A stretch of 64,000 bases of DNA from Geosiphon pyriformis uo1. Lineage: Eukaryota; Fungi; Glomeromycota. Below are positions 26,601 through 38,730 of this stretch, in pieces. The stretch lies in contig JAAOMT010000603.1 of the NCBI GenBank assembly GCA_016748015.1, positions 288,373 to 352,372 on the forward strand, in the 5' to 3' direction. Position 1 is the stretch's first letter. Every line of letters starts with the position of its first letter. The notes under the pieces were generated by a model, which did no database searches, was not told the origin of the DNA, and saw only the letters and a list, made by a program, of their open reading frames with translations. The position numbers and the translations under genes were made by a program.

Positions 26601-29600
26601 TGAAATATTATGTTCCAAGCAGACTTGTTCATTGGACTCAAAAATTTGTTGTGTGGTTGTTGGCTTTGGGCAGGTGTAGATTTCTGGATGTTCTCCAAAG
26701 GGTAAAATGGTAATTGGTTGTGGAAGTCTGAGAATCTGGTGGAATTCATTCTGTGTGTTAAGAGCTATATTAACTGGAACTATGAATCGTCCAGTTGAAC
26801 CAAAACCTTGGGTTCCTCTATCACTTTTTCCTAATTGTTCTCTTTGATTGACTAGTTGCAAACCCGAAATGTTGATTAAGAGTAGGTAAATAGCTTAAGC
26901 AATTTTTTCAGCATGGTCGATCTTGAATGATTTGTTAGTTTCATTTTGAAGCATCACTGTAATGTCTTCCATATATCCAGCATTAATTATTTCTCCTCTG
27001 ACATTGATTCTTTTGCTTGCCAAAAAGGACTGGGAGGCGATTTGAACCATTGCTCTTGGTGGAATTTTGAGTGCAATTTTGAGGTTAAATTTTGTGAGAG
27101 ATTTGGGTTTGAGAACAAGAGTATTCTTGTCTGGATATCTTAGATCATATCCAGCATCAATTTCATGTGCTTTTTCAGGTTTTATTCCTTGTCCATTGTT
27201 GTTAAAGTATTTGAGTTGTAAGGCAGGCTGACTTTTGATAAGATAGATGGGTGTTGTTTCAATTTCTTCTGTTGCTTCAGGTTCTCCAAATTTAATTTCG
27301 TTTTTATCATTTTCACTGGGTAGGAGAATGCTAAGAGCATAGCATTCAGGGCACCATTGCTCATTGCAGGGCATTATGCATTCTTCACACAATTTAACAT
27401 TCATTTGCTCTAGCCGTTGAGCTTAAGCTTCTTTGGTTGGGTAAGTGTGACTGGCAATTTGGTAATATACTTCTATTTTATCTTTGTAGTTATATCCAGT
27501 GATTTCAAAGGTGTATGCAATGTATTCTGATTCTTTCATTTGACGAACATTTTCTTGAGTGGCTCCATTGATTAAAGCCATTGCTAAGTCGAAAATCATT
27601 TTGGCATCATAAGGGTAATGGTACAGTTTGTTGAGAGCACTGTTGTATGCTGCATCAAAGGGTGTTCCTCTTTTTACTTTTTCTGAAATTGATAAAGCAT
27701 ATTGGCAGGTCTGATTGCAGACTCCTCCTCTCATTGCTACATCAATCCAATTGCATTCTTCTGGCAGCATATCTCCACAAGTCAAACAAGGGGTGTTATC
27801 CCATTTTCCACTTCTTTTTATTAGATGGCCCCATTGTTCTTTATGGCAAGCCTTACAGTAATAACAAGTATGATTTTTATATTCTTCTTCAGGTGAAATA
27901 CAGGCTCCCATTGAGGAGAGTTTCTTGTGGCAGTCCTTGCATTTGAGTGGAATGTAAGAGTGTTGTTTTTATGGTTCTGGTTTTGAATAGGGGACATTCC
28001 ATCTGGTTGTTACTGGTTCTTCTGTTTCAAAAGAATTATTTGTTGAAAAGTACTGTTGTTCAGTTTCATCGGCCCAATTGAAGGTTGATCCAAGTGCCAT
28101 AAATGTTTTAATGATGGGCTTTTCTTCTTCTGGTTCGAATTCAAAAGCCGGGGCTTTTTCGGAGTGTTTGTTGAATGTACCACAAGTGGCAGGTACCTGG
28201 GCGTGTTGTCCTTGGTAGGAGATTGTTAACTTTTATGTCTCCCAATTCAGATTAGCATTGGCTTTTTGAAGCCAATCATTTCTGACAAGGGCTTGGTACT
28301 GGGGCATGTTTATTACAAGAACTTTGACTGGAATGGTGATTCCATCAAGAGTGAACAGAAAATTGTCAATTTCTCCTACTGGAGTCTTTTTTATGCCATC
28401 AGCAGTAATGATTACTGTTTGAGCTGGTTGGTCGACATCTCTCTTTAACTGTTGCATTAACTGGTAGGTAATAATGCTTCCAGCAGATCTACTGTCTAGG
28501 ATCAAATAAATTGTCTTCCTTCAACTTTTGCTTCAGTATACATAGCCGTGATTGCTTTTTGTTTATTGGCAGCTGCATTGCTAAGCAGGAATAGTGACTC
28601 ATTTGCTTCGAACTCAAAAGGAAATATTTCTGAAAAGTTGGTGTTTTCAGCAATTCTGGCTGGTGGGATTGTGGTGGGTGTATAGAAAGGGTTTTGTTGT
28701 TGTGCTGCAACTCTACCTTCCAAGAGTGCAGTATGGTAAAAATCCTGTTCTTCAGATATTGTAAGATAGCTAGGTTGAGTATAATAATGAGTGGGTCTTG
28801 ACTGAGCTGGATTTCAGGGAACTAATTGGTTGTTCGAATTGATTCTATTGTTGTTTACTTGGTATCAGTTTTGTGGTGTAAATTGATTTTGTGAGATTAA
28901 TCTTCGAGCAGGCACTTGATAATGTTGTGTGAGTGGTTGTTGGTATTGCTGTTGAATTGGCTGTGGGGCAGGCTGATAATAGTTACTTTAATATTGGGGT
29001 CTTGGTAGATAGTAAGCTGGTAGTGGTGGTTGATAATAAGATTGCTGTGGTGGAGGGTAACATTGATTACTCTTATTTTGTTGGTCTCATTGTAGCTTTC
29101 TGCAATCTTTTTTCCAGTGGCCAGGAATTCCACAGTAATGGCAATTCTGAGGCTGGTTATTAGAAAGTGGTGCAAAGTTATTTTGATTTCATCTTTGGGG
29201 TGGTTGATATCTTTGGGGTTGCTGTTGTTGTTGATTGGTAAAATAGTTTTCAACCTTCTTTGTGAGTTGGTCAATTTTTTCCTCAGCTGCTGAGCTGGTT
29301 TCTCCAATTGCCAAATTTACAAGTTTTGTGTGATTGGCCTCTTCCATGGCCATTTCATATCTTTTTGCATACTGTATGGCAGAGTTTAAATCTTTTGGCG
29401 CATGTGGGCAAATCTTTTTAATTAGTTTATCTTTTAGACCAGTGATAAATTAATCCAAAATTTGAGCATCGGAATAATAATCATTTGTTTCAAGTTGGCA
29501 AATTTGTCTGAAAAGTTTGTTGAATTTCTCAATATAAGTTATAACAGATTCGGAGGATTCTTGTTTAATATTGTGAAACTGATTTCAAAGGGTGATGAAG

Positions 29601-30610
29601 ATATTATTGTCGGTAAACTGTTCAAGGAAGGCTGCTTTGAAAGCATCCCAATTATTAAATGAAGTGGCTAAGTTTTCAAACCATTCTCCTGCTGTTTCTT
29701 TGAGAAAGTAGGGAATTGTTCTTAAAATTCTGGTAGCATTCTATCCATTTGTATCTCCAGCTTTAGTAACTTGGTCGAGCCATTCTTGGAGACTGGTCTT
29801 AATGTCTTCTTTATTAAATTCAGGGATTTTTGCAATGTATGCTGTCATTTTGTTTTCTTCATTCTCACTGTCTATTGATTCTTCTTCAGTTATTTCAGAG
29901 TCATTTTCTTCGTTTGCTGCTGTCTCAGAGTGTTCACTTTGATTTTCAGCTAGAAAATCAAGAAGATTGGAACTAGTTTGAAGGGGTTCTTGCTGTCTGG
30001 TGGGACTTCTGAGTGATGTAAAATTTTTTGGTCTCACAAATCAATTCAAGAGTAAATTAGGTGTTTGTGCTTGTGCAAGTGAAGCTGGAAAAGGTGTAAT
30101 GGTGAGTGGAAGTTTTGAACTGGTTCTTTGTTCAGGTGTTTGTAAGTGTTTGGCAGTTGTTTTTGGTAGTATTGGAGTATTTGGGGTGGTTTTTGAGTAT
30201 TGCTTCAATTTGTGTTTGCCTTTGTTGCTTGTTTCTGTCTCTCATTCAAAATCAATGGAGTATTGAGACTGCACTAGATATGTTTCTTCACAGTACTTGA
30301 TAATGTTAAAATTAAATTCTTGAAAGTAAGTGGCAAGTGTTTCACTGTTAAGGTCTTCAGTTCCCAACTGTGAATAGTGTGCTAAATTGTTGTAAAGGTT
30401 GCTTCTAACTTTTGAGATATTGTAATTTCCAAAAAGATAATTGTTGATGCAGTTTTTAATGTATTGGTATACTGATTTCTTAACAACTTCAATTCCGTCT
30501 GGAATGTTGAATCTTTGCTTGCAATAGGTGTAAATTGATTGGTAATACTCTAGAGTTGTTGTATCTGATGTGGTCACCACTTTGAAGTTGTTTTGCTGTG
30601 TTGTTTCCAT
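23679..30610 (-). pseudogene. gag-pol polyprotein with many premature stops
   Basis: Zn knuckle CHYCGIPGHWKKDC (~29102-29143), protease LDSRSAGS (~28490), RT YLDD (25746-25757), RH ..DCLSR, integrase H..H/CDNC and SPYHPQTNGLVE. No chromodomain. Confidence 0.95.
26790..27200 (-). pseudogene. dUTPase domain within pol
   Basis: All five motifs: AGYDL, ASQS, IINAGY.ED, KIA(Q->stop) and RGTQGFGSTG. Confidence 0.93.
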
Positions 30611-30622
30611 GGGAGAGCACCA
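30605..30622 (-). other. Primer-binding site of the Gypsy element
   Basis: TGGTGCTCTCCCATGG starts 2 nt after the 5' LTR and is complementary to a tRNA 3' end (...GGAGAGCACCA). Confidence 0.85.
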
Positions 30623-30624
30623 AA

Positions 30625-31613
30625 TGTTACTGGAGGTTTTTGGTCTCTTTTTTTGAATGTTGTTGATGTTGATTTGCTGTGAATTCACGTTTTCAGGAAG
30701 TAGTTGAACCTTCAGTAACTGAATTTATCTTCAAATTATCTCCTATAATTTGAACTGCTGGACTTATAAGTGGAATGGCCAATTCCATGCCAGTTGCTTT
30801 GTGTAGTTACGTTGTAGTAAACATCAACTCTTTCCCAGAAATTGCTCATCTGAAAGCTTATTAAAAATGTGTAGTTATTTTGCTGTGAAAGTCAACTCTT
30901 CTACAGAAATCTTGTCCGTAGGCTACCCTAATGATTGTAATAAGAAATGAAATGAAAAATAAAAGAAATGAAAAAGAAAAAGTAAAACTGATGATTTATA
31001 GAAGTCATTTTGGATTCAGGCCTAGAAGTGCTTTAACAGTTTACTGAAATTGGTAGCTAGTCAATTTTAAACTGTTAGTAAGAATTGGTTAATTTCAAAA
31101 GAAATAATTTAAGAATTTTGCTTTTCGAATTATTTGATATTTATTTGTCTTTTGGGTATAAAAGATTATTCTACTTGTTTTAAATCTGAAGTAAAATATA
31201 TTTTCTCGAAGAGAAAAGCTCTTCTTTTATACAACTTGTTGTAACACTATTATATGAATTCGAACTTTGCTATTTTCTATAATTTCACTGAACTAAAGAT
31301 ACATTTCGGCAAACTACAAGTTATTTCTGCAAACTATTAAATATTTCGGCAAACTATCAATTATTTCGGCAAATTTCTTACAAATTTTGGTGAACTTTTT
31401 AAATGTTACATAGTTCAGGGTATTGCATGATTGATCATTGCAATTAGGTTGCATTTGTGTTATGTACAAATTGGGTTATTAATTAAATGATAATTTCAGA
31501 TATTTTACTAATATAATAAGTAATAATTTGAAATGATAATATACGCTAATTAATGATAAGATTTATAAGGATAATTTTATGCTAAACAATATCTCTAATT
31601 TTGTCTGGTAACA
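30625..31613 (-). repeat. 5' LTR of the Gypsy element
   Basis: Direct repeat of 21880-22868, followed on the minus strand by the PBS. Confidence 0.96.
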
Positions 31614-34600
31614 CCAGTAAATGGTAATACAAAGCTTTCATGAAATATGTGCGTGCATCAGCTGAGGGTTTGCTGGTAAAACCAGTAGCCATATTTAAGT
31701 CAGAATGCCACACCAATGATAAGCAACACCAATCAATCTTCAATAGCAAACTGCCAGCCAAAAACTTAGAACCAGAATCAACCTCCCAGTATGTATAACA
31801 AACTGAACAATAAATGTTATAGACAAAATGTCTAGAATTGCCAAAAACAATACTACCATTAGCAATCAAGAAATGCTCATCCAGGTGAGGAGGAAAATAC
31901 CAATTAGAAAGAGAAGCGGCACCAGTGAGTGTGTTAGCACACTCATTCCCTGAAATGCCAGAGTGACCTTTTATCTTATGCCAACTAACTCTCAAATTCT
32001 TACCATAAATAACATTGACTATATAATGATGCTTGACCCAACATTAATTACAAAAGTCAGAACACACCAACCCCAATTCCAACTTACAAGCATCTAAAGC
32101 AGATTGACTATCTGAAAACAGTTAAACAGAGCTCAATAAGAAGACACACTCCAGAGCCAGTGCAATAGCCTGCAATTTCACCAATGTAGATGACATTAAA
32201 CTCAACACACAAACTCCCAAACCCAAACCAATGTCCTCAAAATAAGTGGCAGCACCAGTTCTATAGCTGGCTGTGCTCAAATTACTAAGAGACCCATCCA
32301 TGTATACTAACAAGCTACTAGTACCAGCCTATGAGAGACAATCACAAACAGACACAAAATTACTAGATTCAAGAATGTTCAAAAATCCAATATCATGTAA
32401 TACTAAGAGGAAAGTAGGAGAGAAACTCATACTATTGAAAAATACAACAGAAAGCTTGAACCACTTAGAAACGGGACCACAGAGGTCTAATCTTTTTAAA
32501 CACTTGAAAGTATACCAATTAAATACAGCACCATAATGATCACAAAGTTGGTCAACAAAGGCAATATCATGCTACTGAAAAGAAGAAAAAAATCTGAGAA
32601 ATCTTGACTCATCCAGAACAGCAGACATCAGAACCCCATCATGGAATCGGAAAGAAATGGCCAAAGAGCCACCCATAAATAAATTGTAATCAAGAAGAAT
32701 ATGAACCATGCCTGCCAAGAAATTATTAGAAGTACTGACACAAATATGGACAAAAGAATTCAGTAGATAGACAGGATTCTAACACAAAACTTGCAGGTTA
32801 TGAGACCTGTGAGAAAACAAGTGACCCACAACACTACCAGAGTTCACAAAACTAACAAGGGAAACAACTTTACTTTCAGACTGAACTTGGAAGAAAGGTT
32901 TTAAACCATAAAAAGAAGGATTATGAATTGTATCACTAGAAAAATCAAGTGGTAGACCGGATTTAAGCTTTAAAACTTTGCTAATAAGAGCATCCTATTT
33001 GTTGCACACTCCAACAGGAACAAAACTAAACTGCATTCTATAGCTAACAATAGGATAAAAAACTGCCAACACCAGATATAAGAGCTGTTTATCTGAGACA
33101 GCCTTCCACAAAACCAGATTGGTAAAAAAACAAATATCTGAATTTGCCTTAGCCAAACTAGGCTTCGAAAGACCCTCAATTGAAAAAAAAACACCTAAAT
33201 ACTGATGAGATTCACCCTTTTTGGCAATAGATATTGGTAAGCCATTAATATACAGAGAAAGATTGCTGATTCTGCTATTAATGGGAATGACCATTGTCTT
33301 GTCATTATTAATAGAAATGTTATTTATCCGAAAAAATTCACCAGCAACATCAAGAATGTGTTGAGTGGCACTCTGACTGCTATCAACCCAAATAGTATTA
33401 TCAACAAAAGCACCAGCAGCAAAGAATGAAGAAAGTTCAGCCCAAGATTTGGCACTCTCATTTTTGAAAACAAAATAAGAATTCAATTTATACTCATATA
33501 CACACTCCTGACACTTGATTTTACATAACAGCAGATCATAAAATATGTGCCACAAAAGGAAAGAAAACATCTCTTTCTGGTCCAAACTATCATGTACCCA
33601 ATAACTATCCATCAAACCAAAATCTGTCATAATGCAATTGGTATGACCTTTGTGAATACTACTGAAGAAACAAATGAACTTGCTGTACATCTTAATCCTA
33701 ACTAAACTCTTTTCAAGATGCTCCCAGCCAACTAAATTGTATGTTTTCCTCATATTCTGTAAAACCATCCAAAGTTCCCAATTTTTTTCCAAAGCATCCT
33801 CAATAACCAAGCCAATAGCAAAAATGGGAGACTGAGTTGTTGTACCTTTCAGAACCAAAAAATTGTCCCCATGAAGAATGTCAAAAGTGCTGCATGCCAA
33901 AGAAATCTTATCAAAGAGAATTTTGGAGAAAATTTTACAAGCCATCTCAATTAAAGCAATAGATTGAGTATTTGTAAGAACACCCTCCCAATCATATGGT
34001 TTGGAAATCATTGAAACCCAAGCTTCTTTCCAAGAACTAGGCACAGATTTGCCAGACAAACAAAAGTTCAAAAGCACCAAAAGCATATCCAAAACTGCTC
34101 TATCACAATGTTTCCAAAGTTTATTTGATATACCCAAGAGACCAGCAGCTTTGCCATCAGACAGAAAAGAAATCACCCCAAACAATTCATTAAACTCAAT
34201 TGAACACATAACATCAGAAAAGACTTCATCAAAAACATACTCCAAAGATTAATATTAATAACCCCAATCACCAGAAACATTATCAACCATGCGATGCTTT
34301 CTAGTCCAATCCTCTATGATAATATCCACCTTAGATTTAACCAAATTAGATTTTAGGATAAGTTTATCTTCAATAACCAGATGATTGAAAACTATTTTGC
34401 AAAATGGGTGCTCCAGCACACTCCTGATTGTATGACTCTTATTCACCTTAAAGCTCTCCATTCTCTTATCTATAGCAGCTCTAATGGTTGCCTCTTTAGC
34501 CCTCAAAGATTTGGCAAGTTTGGATGTACAAAAACCTTTCTAGTACTACAAAGAGCAGAATGAATGTGACCAGAGCCTGCACCAGAATCCACAACATTTT

Positions 34601-37194
34601 GAATGATTGAAGCCTCAACATTGTCCAAAAAAACTCAGCACTTCATGAAAGAATCAAAATTTGCAACATTCTTTTCACATGAAGCCTTAGTAATTTTAGA
34701 AACCAAAAGTTCCAATTTGTGATATCTTGAAGACTCCTTGGTGAAGACATTATTGAAGCCCTTAAACCATCTTTTCTTGAACATTTTATTAGCCAAGAGA
34801 ACCAATATTTTGTGAACAACATCCCACATCATATCCAGATCCGAAAACCTCACAGCTGTGGCAAACTCATCTAAGAACATCAATGCATTGGCCAATGTAG
34901 CATTACCAAAATCTTTCCATTTAGCTCTATCAGCACTCTTAAAATCAAACTTCCAACAATCTCTATTTGCTTGCTTGTGAAAAGAGTTTAACTACATATC
35001 CAAAAGTTCACCCAAATCTACAGACATAGACACAGCCTGATGGTCAGTATCAAAAAATTCCCCAAAGTCAAACACATTTTGACCCACCACAGCATTGACC
35101 AAGTTTGAAGAGATAAACAAAAAATTGATTATCTTAGCCACACCATGAGAGTTAGCCCACATTGGTGTCTTTACATGAAAACTTCTACTTAAGGAATTGA
35201 CTAAACCAAAATCCAGACACTTTTTGAAACTAGCATACTTACAAGAGCTATTTTCATTGAAGTTGCTACTTAGAACTACAAAAGAGGACTTATTTATGGC
35301 TTTAGCAATCATAGAATTAATATCACCAGCTTGAGAAAACCGAGCCACCAAAAAAACACCAGCATAGAGCCCCAGAATTAAAACAGAAAGTTTATTTTTG
35401 AAAAGTAATTTAAGAGAGATGAGCCGACCAGGAACTTCAGAAACTTTACACACATGTTTTGCCAAAGAAACATTCATGATAATCACAACACCAGAACCCA
35501 AATAGCCAGAGTTCAGACCAAAAGTGAAAACTCAAACACCATTAAACTTATTCATGATTCATAGGCAAATTTTACTCTTCAACTTAGTCTCAGTAACCAC
35601 AATAATCAAATTGTTTTGTTCCTTATGCCAACAAATTATATCATCTTATTTTGCAGGATTGTTCATGCTTCTAACATTACATGTGGCAACCTTCCAAACT
35701 GACACACTTATTAAAAAATAGAGGGAGCTGACAAACTCAAACCTGAACACAAACAGTTCAATTTATCCAAAATAGACTCAACCAAAACTTCCAAAGCCAT
35801 CATCTTGGATTCCAAACCACTGATCTTGGTGGTCAAAACCTTAGAACTGCTCAAACTCAAGCCAGTAGTTGTATCATTGACAACCTGAGAAGGAAGGGCA
35901 AAAATTACTAAAGCATCATCCAAAACCATATCTATATCCAAACTAGAAACCACTGTTACAGGTGATTATTTGGGGTCTCAAATCAAATAACAAACCCATA
36001 ACTTGGTGCTCAATTAATATAATTAGTGTTGGTATCTCTGAAGGTGTTGTTTTATCTGAAGGTTTGGTGGATCTGAAGATTTTGTTGTGGAGTTCTTTGT
36101 ATAATAGACAGAGATTTAATTGTTGTCTTTCCCATAGTCTCCCAGAATCACAATTCTGTCAAATTTTTTTCTCAGTATGGTGGCTGGTAATCTTGGCAGA
36201 GATGTTCTTCTGGTAAGCTATCCTTAAATTCTCAATTCCAATACCCTTTCTTTGGAGTCTTTTATCAGGCTATCTTTGATATCAATAACTTAATGCTTAA
36301 CTCTTTAATTAATTTAGTGAATAACAAAAGAAAATAAAAGAAAATAAAGAAATAAAGAAAATAAAATAAGAAATAAGTATTCTGTCAATAGCTGTGATTA
36401 AGAGCTATTGTGCCAGTAAGTTAAGTAGTAGATAATAACATTAATATGGAAGTGATTTCACTTTAAGTTATAGTATTCTATCTTTTGAAGGAAGAATATT
36501 TAATAATTATGACCTGTGAATCTAATTGACTCTGAGAGTCCTACTGACTCTCAGTCTTCTTAATTTTGAGCCTAATTGACTAATTTTCTAACTTCTGATA
36601 CTATTGCTATATATACATAATTTGAGTTCTATGAGATTGCTCATATTTTCGAACAATGTTCTATAATTTCTCAAGCAATGCTCACATTGCTGAGTAATAT
36701 GCTATGATTTTTGATATTGCTCTACATTGCTGAGCAATGTGCCTGTAATTTCTGACAATATGCTCATTGCTAAACAATGTGCCGTAATTCTCTGACAATG
36801 CTTCACATTACTGAGCAATGTGCTCACATGCTAAATACTATTCTCTTATTGGTCTATTTTCTCTATCTGTTTTTTTCTACTATTTTCTTGTATTCTTTTT
36901 CTATGAGTAACATTATTTCCTCCTTTAATATTGAGCTCCTGCAAAATTTTCTAAATTTCTCTTTTGTATCAATGTTGTTGCTGTAATTTCTATTGCTATT
37001 TGTAAATCTAATTTTATACGTAACTGGGATTTTTAACTATAGCAGTCTGTCCAGAATATCAATTTCAAATTTTGCATTTGTATTATGTGCATGTTCAGAC
37101 ATAATGCTTTCATTATTATCACTGAATTTAGTTAATTCTTGCTCCATTGTAAGATCTAGAAGCATGATATATTGTTTGGTATTTGAAGTGGAAT

Positions 37195-37400
37195 TTGAAT
37201 TTGTTGTTGGTGGAGTTTGAATCGTCATTGTTATTAGCAGAGTTTGAATCATTGTTGTCATTAGCAGAGTTTGAATCATTGTTGTTATTAGCAGAGTTTG
37301 AATTGTTGTTGTCATTAGTGAAGTTTGAATTATTGTTGTCATCAGCAGAGTTTGAATTATTGCTGTCATTAATGGCATTTGAATCATTGCTGTTATCAGT
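37195..37400. repeat. ~27-bp minisatellite encoding NDSNSANNN-like repeats
   Basis: Repeated ttagcagagtttgaatcattgttgtca units. Confidence 0.85.
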
Positions 37401-37589
37401 AGAGTTTAAATCGGGATTAAGTTTCAATTCTGATTTCCATTTGTTCTCACTGATTGGCTCTTCTTCAAATATATGACACATGGGAGTAGATTGTGACTAC
37501 ATCCCAATATTCTGACTCAAGGCCATTAGGTGAGTTTTTTTGATTTATTGGTACTGTGGGAATTAGGTAAGTTTCCTTGTATGATAGCA

Positions 37590-38730
37590 GTGTTTGAAAT
37601 TTATCAGACTTTGAATGTTTGGGTTTTTGAATAATTCCTGGAGTTTGAATTGCTAGAGATTTAACAAGTTTTATCGATAGTAAGTTTCTTTGTATGATAA
37701 TAGAGTTGGAATTATCAGGTTTCGAATGTTTGGGTTTTTTAACGATTGGGTCTTGAATAATCGGAGTTTTAACAAGTTTTAACAAGTTTATCAAAAGTAA
37801 GTTTCGAATGTTTGGGGTTTTAACAATCAGGTTGGAGTTTTAATTTAATGAGTTTTAATGAGTTTATTAATGGTAATTTTCGAATGTTCGGGGTTTTTAA
37901 TGATCGGGTTTTGAATAAACAGAGTTTTAATTTAACAAGTTTTTAATGAATTTATTAATGGTAATTTTTGAATGTTTGGGGTTTTAATGATCAGGTTTTG
38001 AATAATCAGAGTTTTAATTTAATGAGTTTTTTAACAAATTTATCAAAGGTAAGTTTCGAATGTTCGGAGTTTTAACAATTAAATTTTGAATAAACAAAGT
38101 TTTAATTTAATGAGTTTTTAACAAATTTATCAATAGTATGTTTCGAATGTTCAGGGTTTTAATGATCGGGTCTTGAATAATCAGAGTTTTAATTTAATGA
38201 GTTTTTAATGAATTTATCAATAGTAAGTTTCAAATGTTCAGGGTTTTAATGATCGAGTCTTGAATAATTGGAGTTTTAATTTAACAAGTTTTTAATGAAT
38301 TTATCAACGGTAAATTTTGAATGTTCAGAGTTTTAATGATCAGGTTTTGAATAAATGGAGTTTTAATTTAATGAATTTTTAATGAATTTATCAACAGTAA
38401 TTTTCGAATGTTCAGGGTTTTAATGATCAGGTTTTAAATAATCGGAGTTTTTAATTTAACAAGATTTAACAAATTTATCAATGGTAAGTTTCGAATGTTC
38501 AGGGTTTTAATTATTGGGTTTTGAATAATTGGAGTTTTAATTTAACGAGTTTTAACAAATTTCTCAACAGTAATTTTTGAATGTTTGGAGTTTTAATAAT
38601 TGGGTCTTAAATAATCGGAGTTTTAATTTTAACGAGTTTTTAACGAATTTATTAATGGTATGTTTTGAATGGTCAGAGTTTTAACAATCAGGTCTTGAAT
38701 AATTGGAGTTTTAATTTAATAAGTTTTTCA
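37590..38730. repeat. ~60-bp tandem array of roughly 18 units
   Basis: Repeated taagtttcgaatgttcagggttttaatgatcgggtcttgaataatcggagttttaatttaa-like units. Confidence 0.9.

Larger units (their letters stand above)
21880..31613 (-). mobile_element. Full-length Ty3/Gypsy LTR retrotransposon carrying dUTPase (inactivated)
   Basis: Two 989-bp LTRs (TGTTAC...GTAACA), PBS, PPT (GAAGAGGAGG), 4-bp TSD and domain order gag-PR-dUTPase-RT-RH-IN. Confidence 0.97.

Noticed and set aside
37590-38730. CRISPR-like regular array
   Set aside because: The units are head-to-tail degenerate repeats without unique spacers, inside an LTR element of a eukaryote with no cas genes.
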